From Octopus bimaculoides (Eukaryota), in the NCBI RefSeq assembly GCF_001194135.2, contig NC_068982.1, forward strand, positions 175,293,952 to 175,357,951: a DNA stretch of 64,000 nt, given 5' to 3'. The translations under genes and the position numbers were made by a program. Positions 63,949 through 64,000 of the stretch are shown here, piece by piece. The stretch's first letter is position 1. Each line of letters opens with the position of its first letter. The notes below the pieces were generated by a model. It worked only from the letters and a program-made list of their open reading frames with translations. It was not told the origin of the DNA and searched no databases.

Positions 63949-64000
63949 GCGCGCGCGCGCGCGCGCGCGTGCGTGCGTGCGTGCGTGCGTGCGTGTGTGT
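63948..64000. repeat. (CG)n then (GCGT)n/(GT)n alternating purine-pyrimidine run
   Basis: Directly visible; about 11 CG units. Confidence 0.95.

Overview
AT-rich animal genomic DNA from a draft assembly with 13 N-gaps, almost all abutting microsatellites. The repeat landscape (several tRNA-derived SINE families with internal microsatellites, RTE, Tx1/L1, R4/Dong-like, CR1 and Penelope-like retroelements, many mariners) suggests an octopod cephalopod; this is inference, not a database result. I recognise no intact host gene, tRNA, rRNA or CRISPR array. Nearly all predicted ORFs are microsatellite or gap artefacts, or decayed transposon fragments. Most notable structures: (1) a 590-bp foldback element with 37-bp TIRs and an exact 8-bp TSD, centred on a spacer-less (CCCTAA)n-(TTAGGG)n palindrome; (2) an apparent ORF1-only (HAL1-like) non-autonomous LINE sharing its 3' terminal motif with a Tx1/L1 copy 5 kb away; (3) a 541-bp nested palindrome; (4) minimal type-I hammerhead-like motifs; (5) several 60-80 nt hairpins; (6) a pile-up of mariner copies at 57.5-64 kb. 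All alignments and translations were done by eye, so boundaries are approximate.
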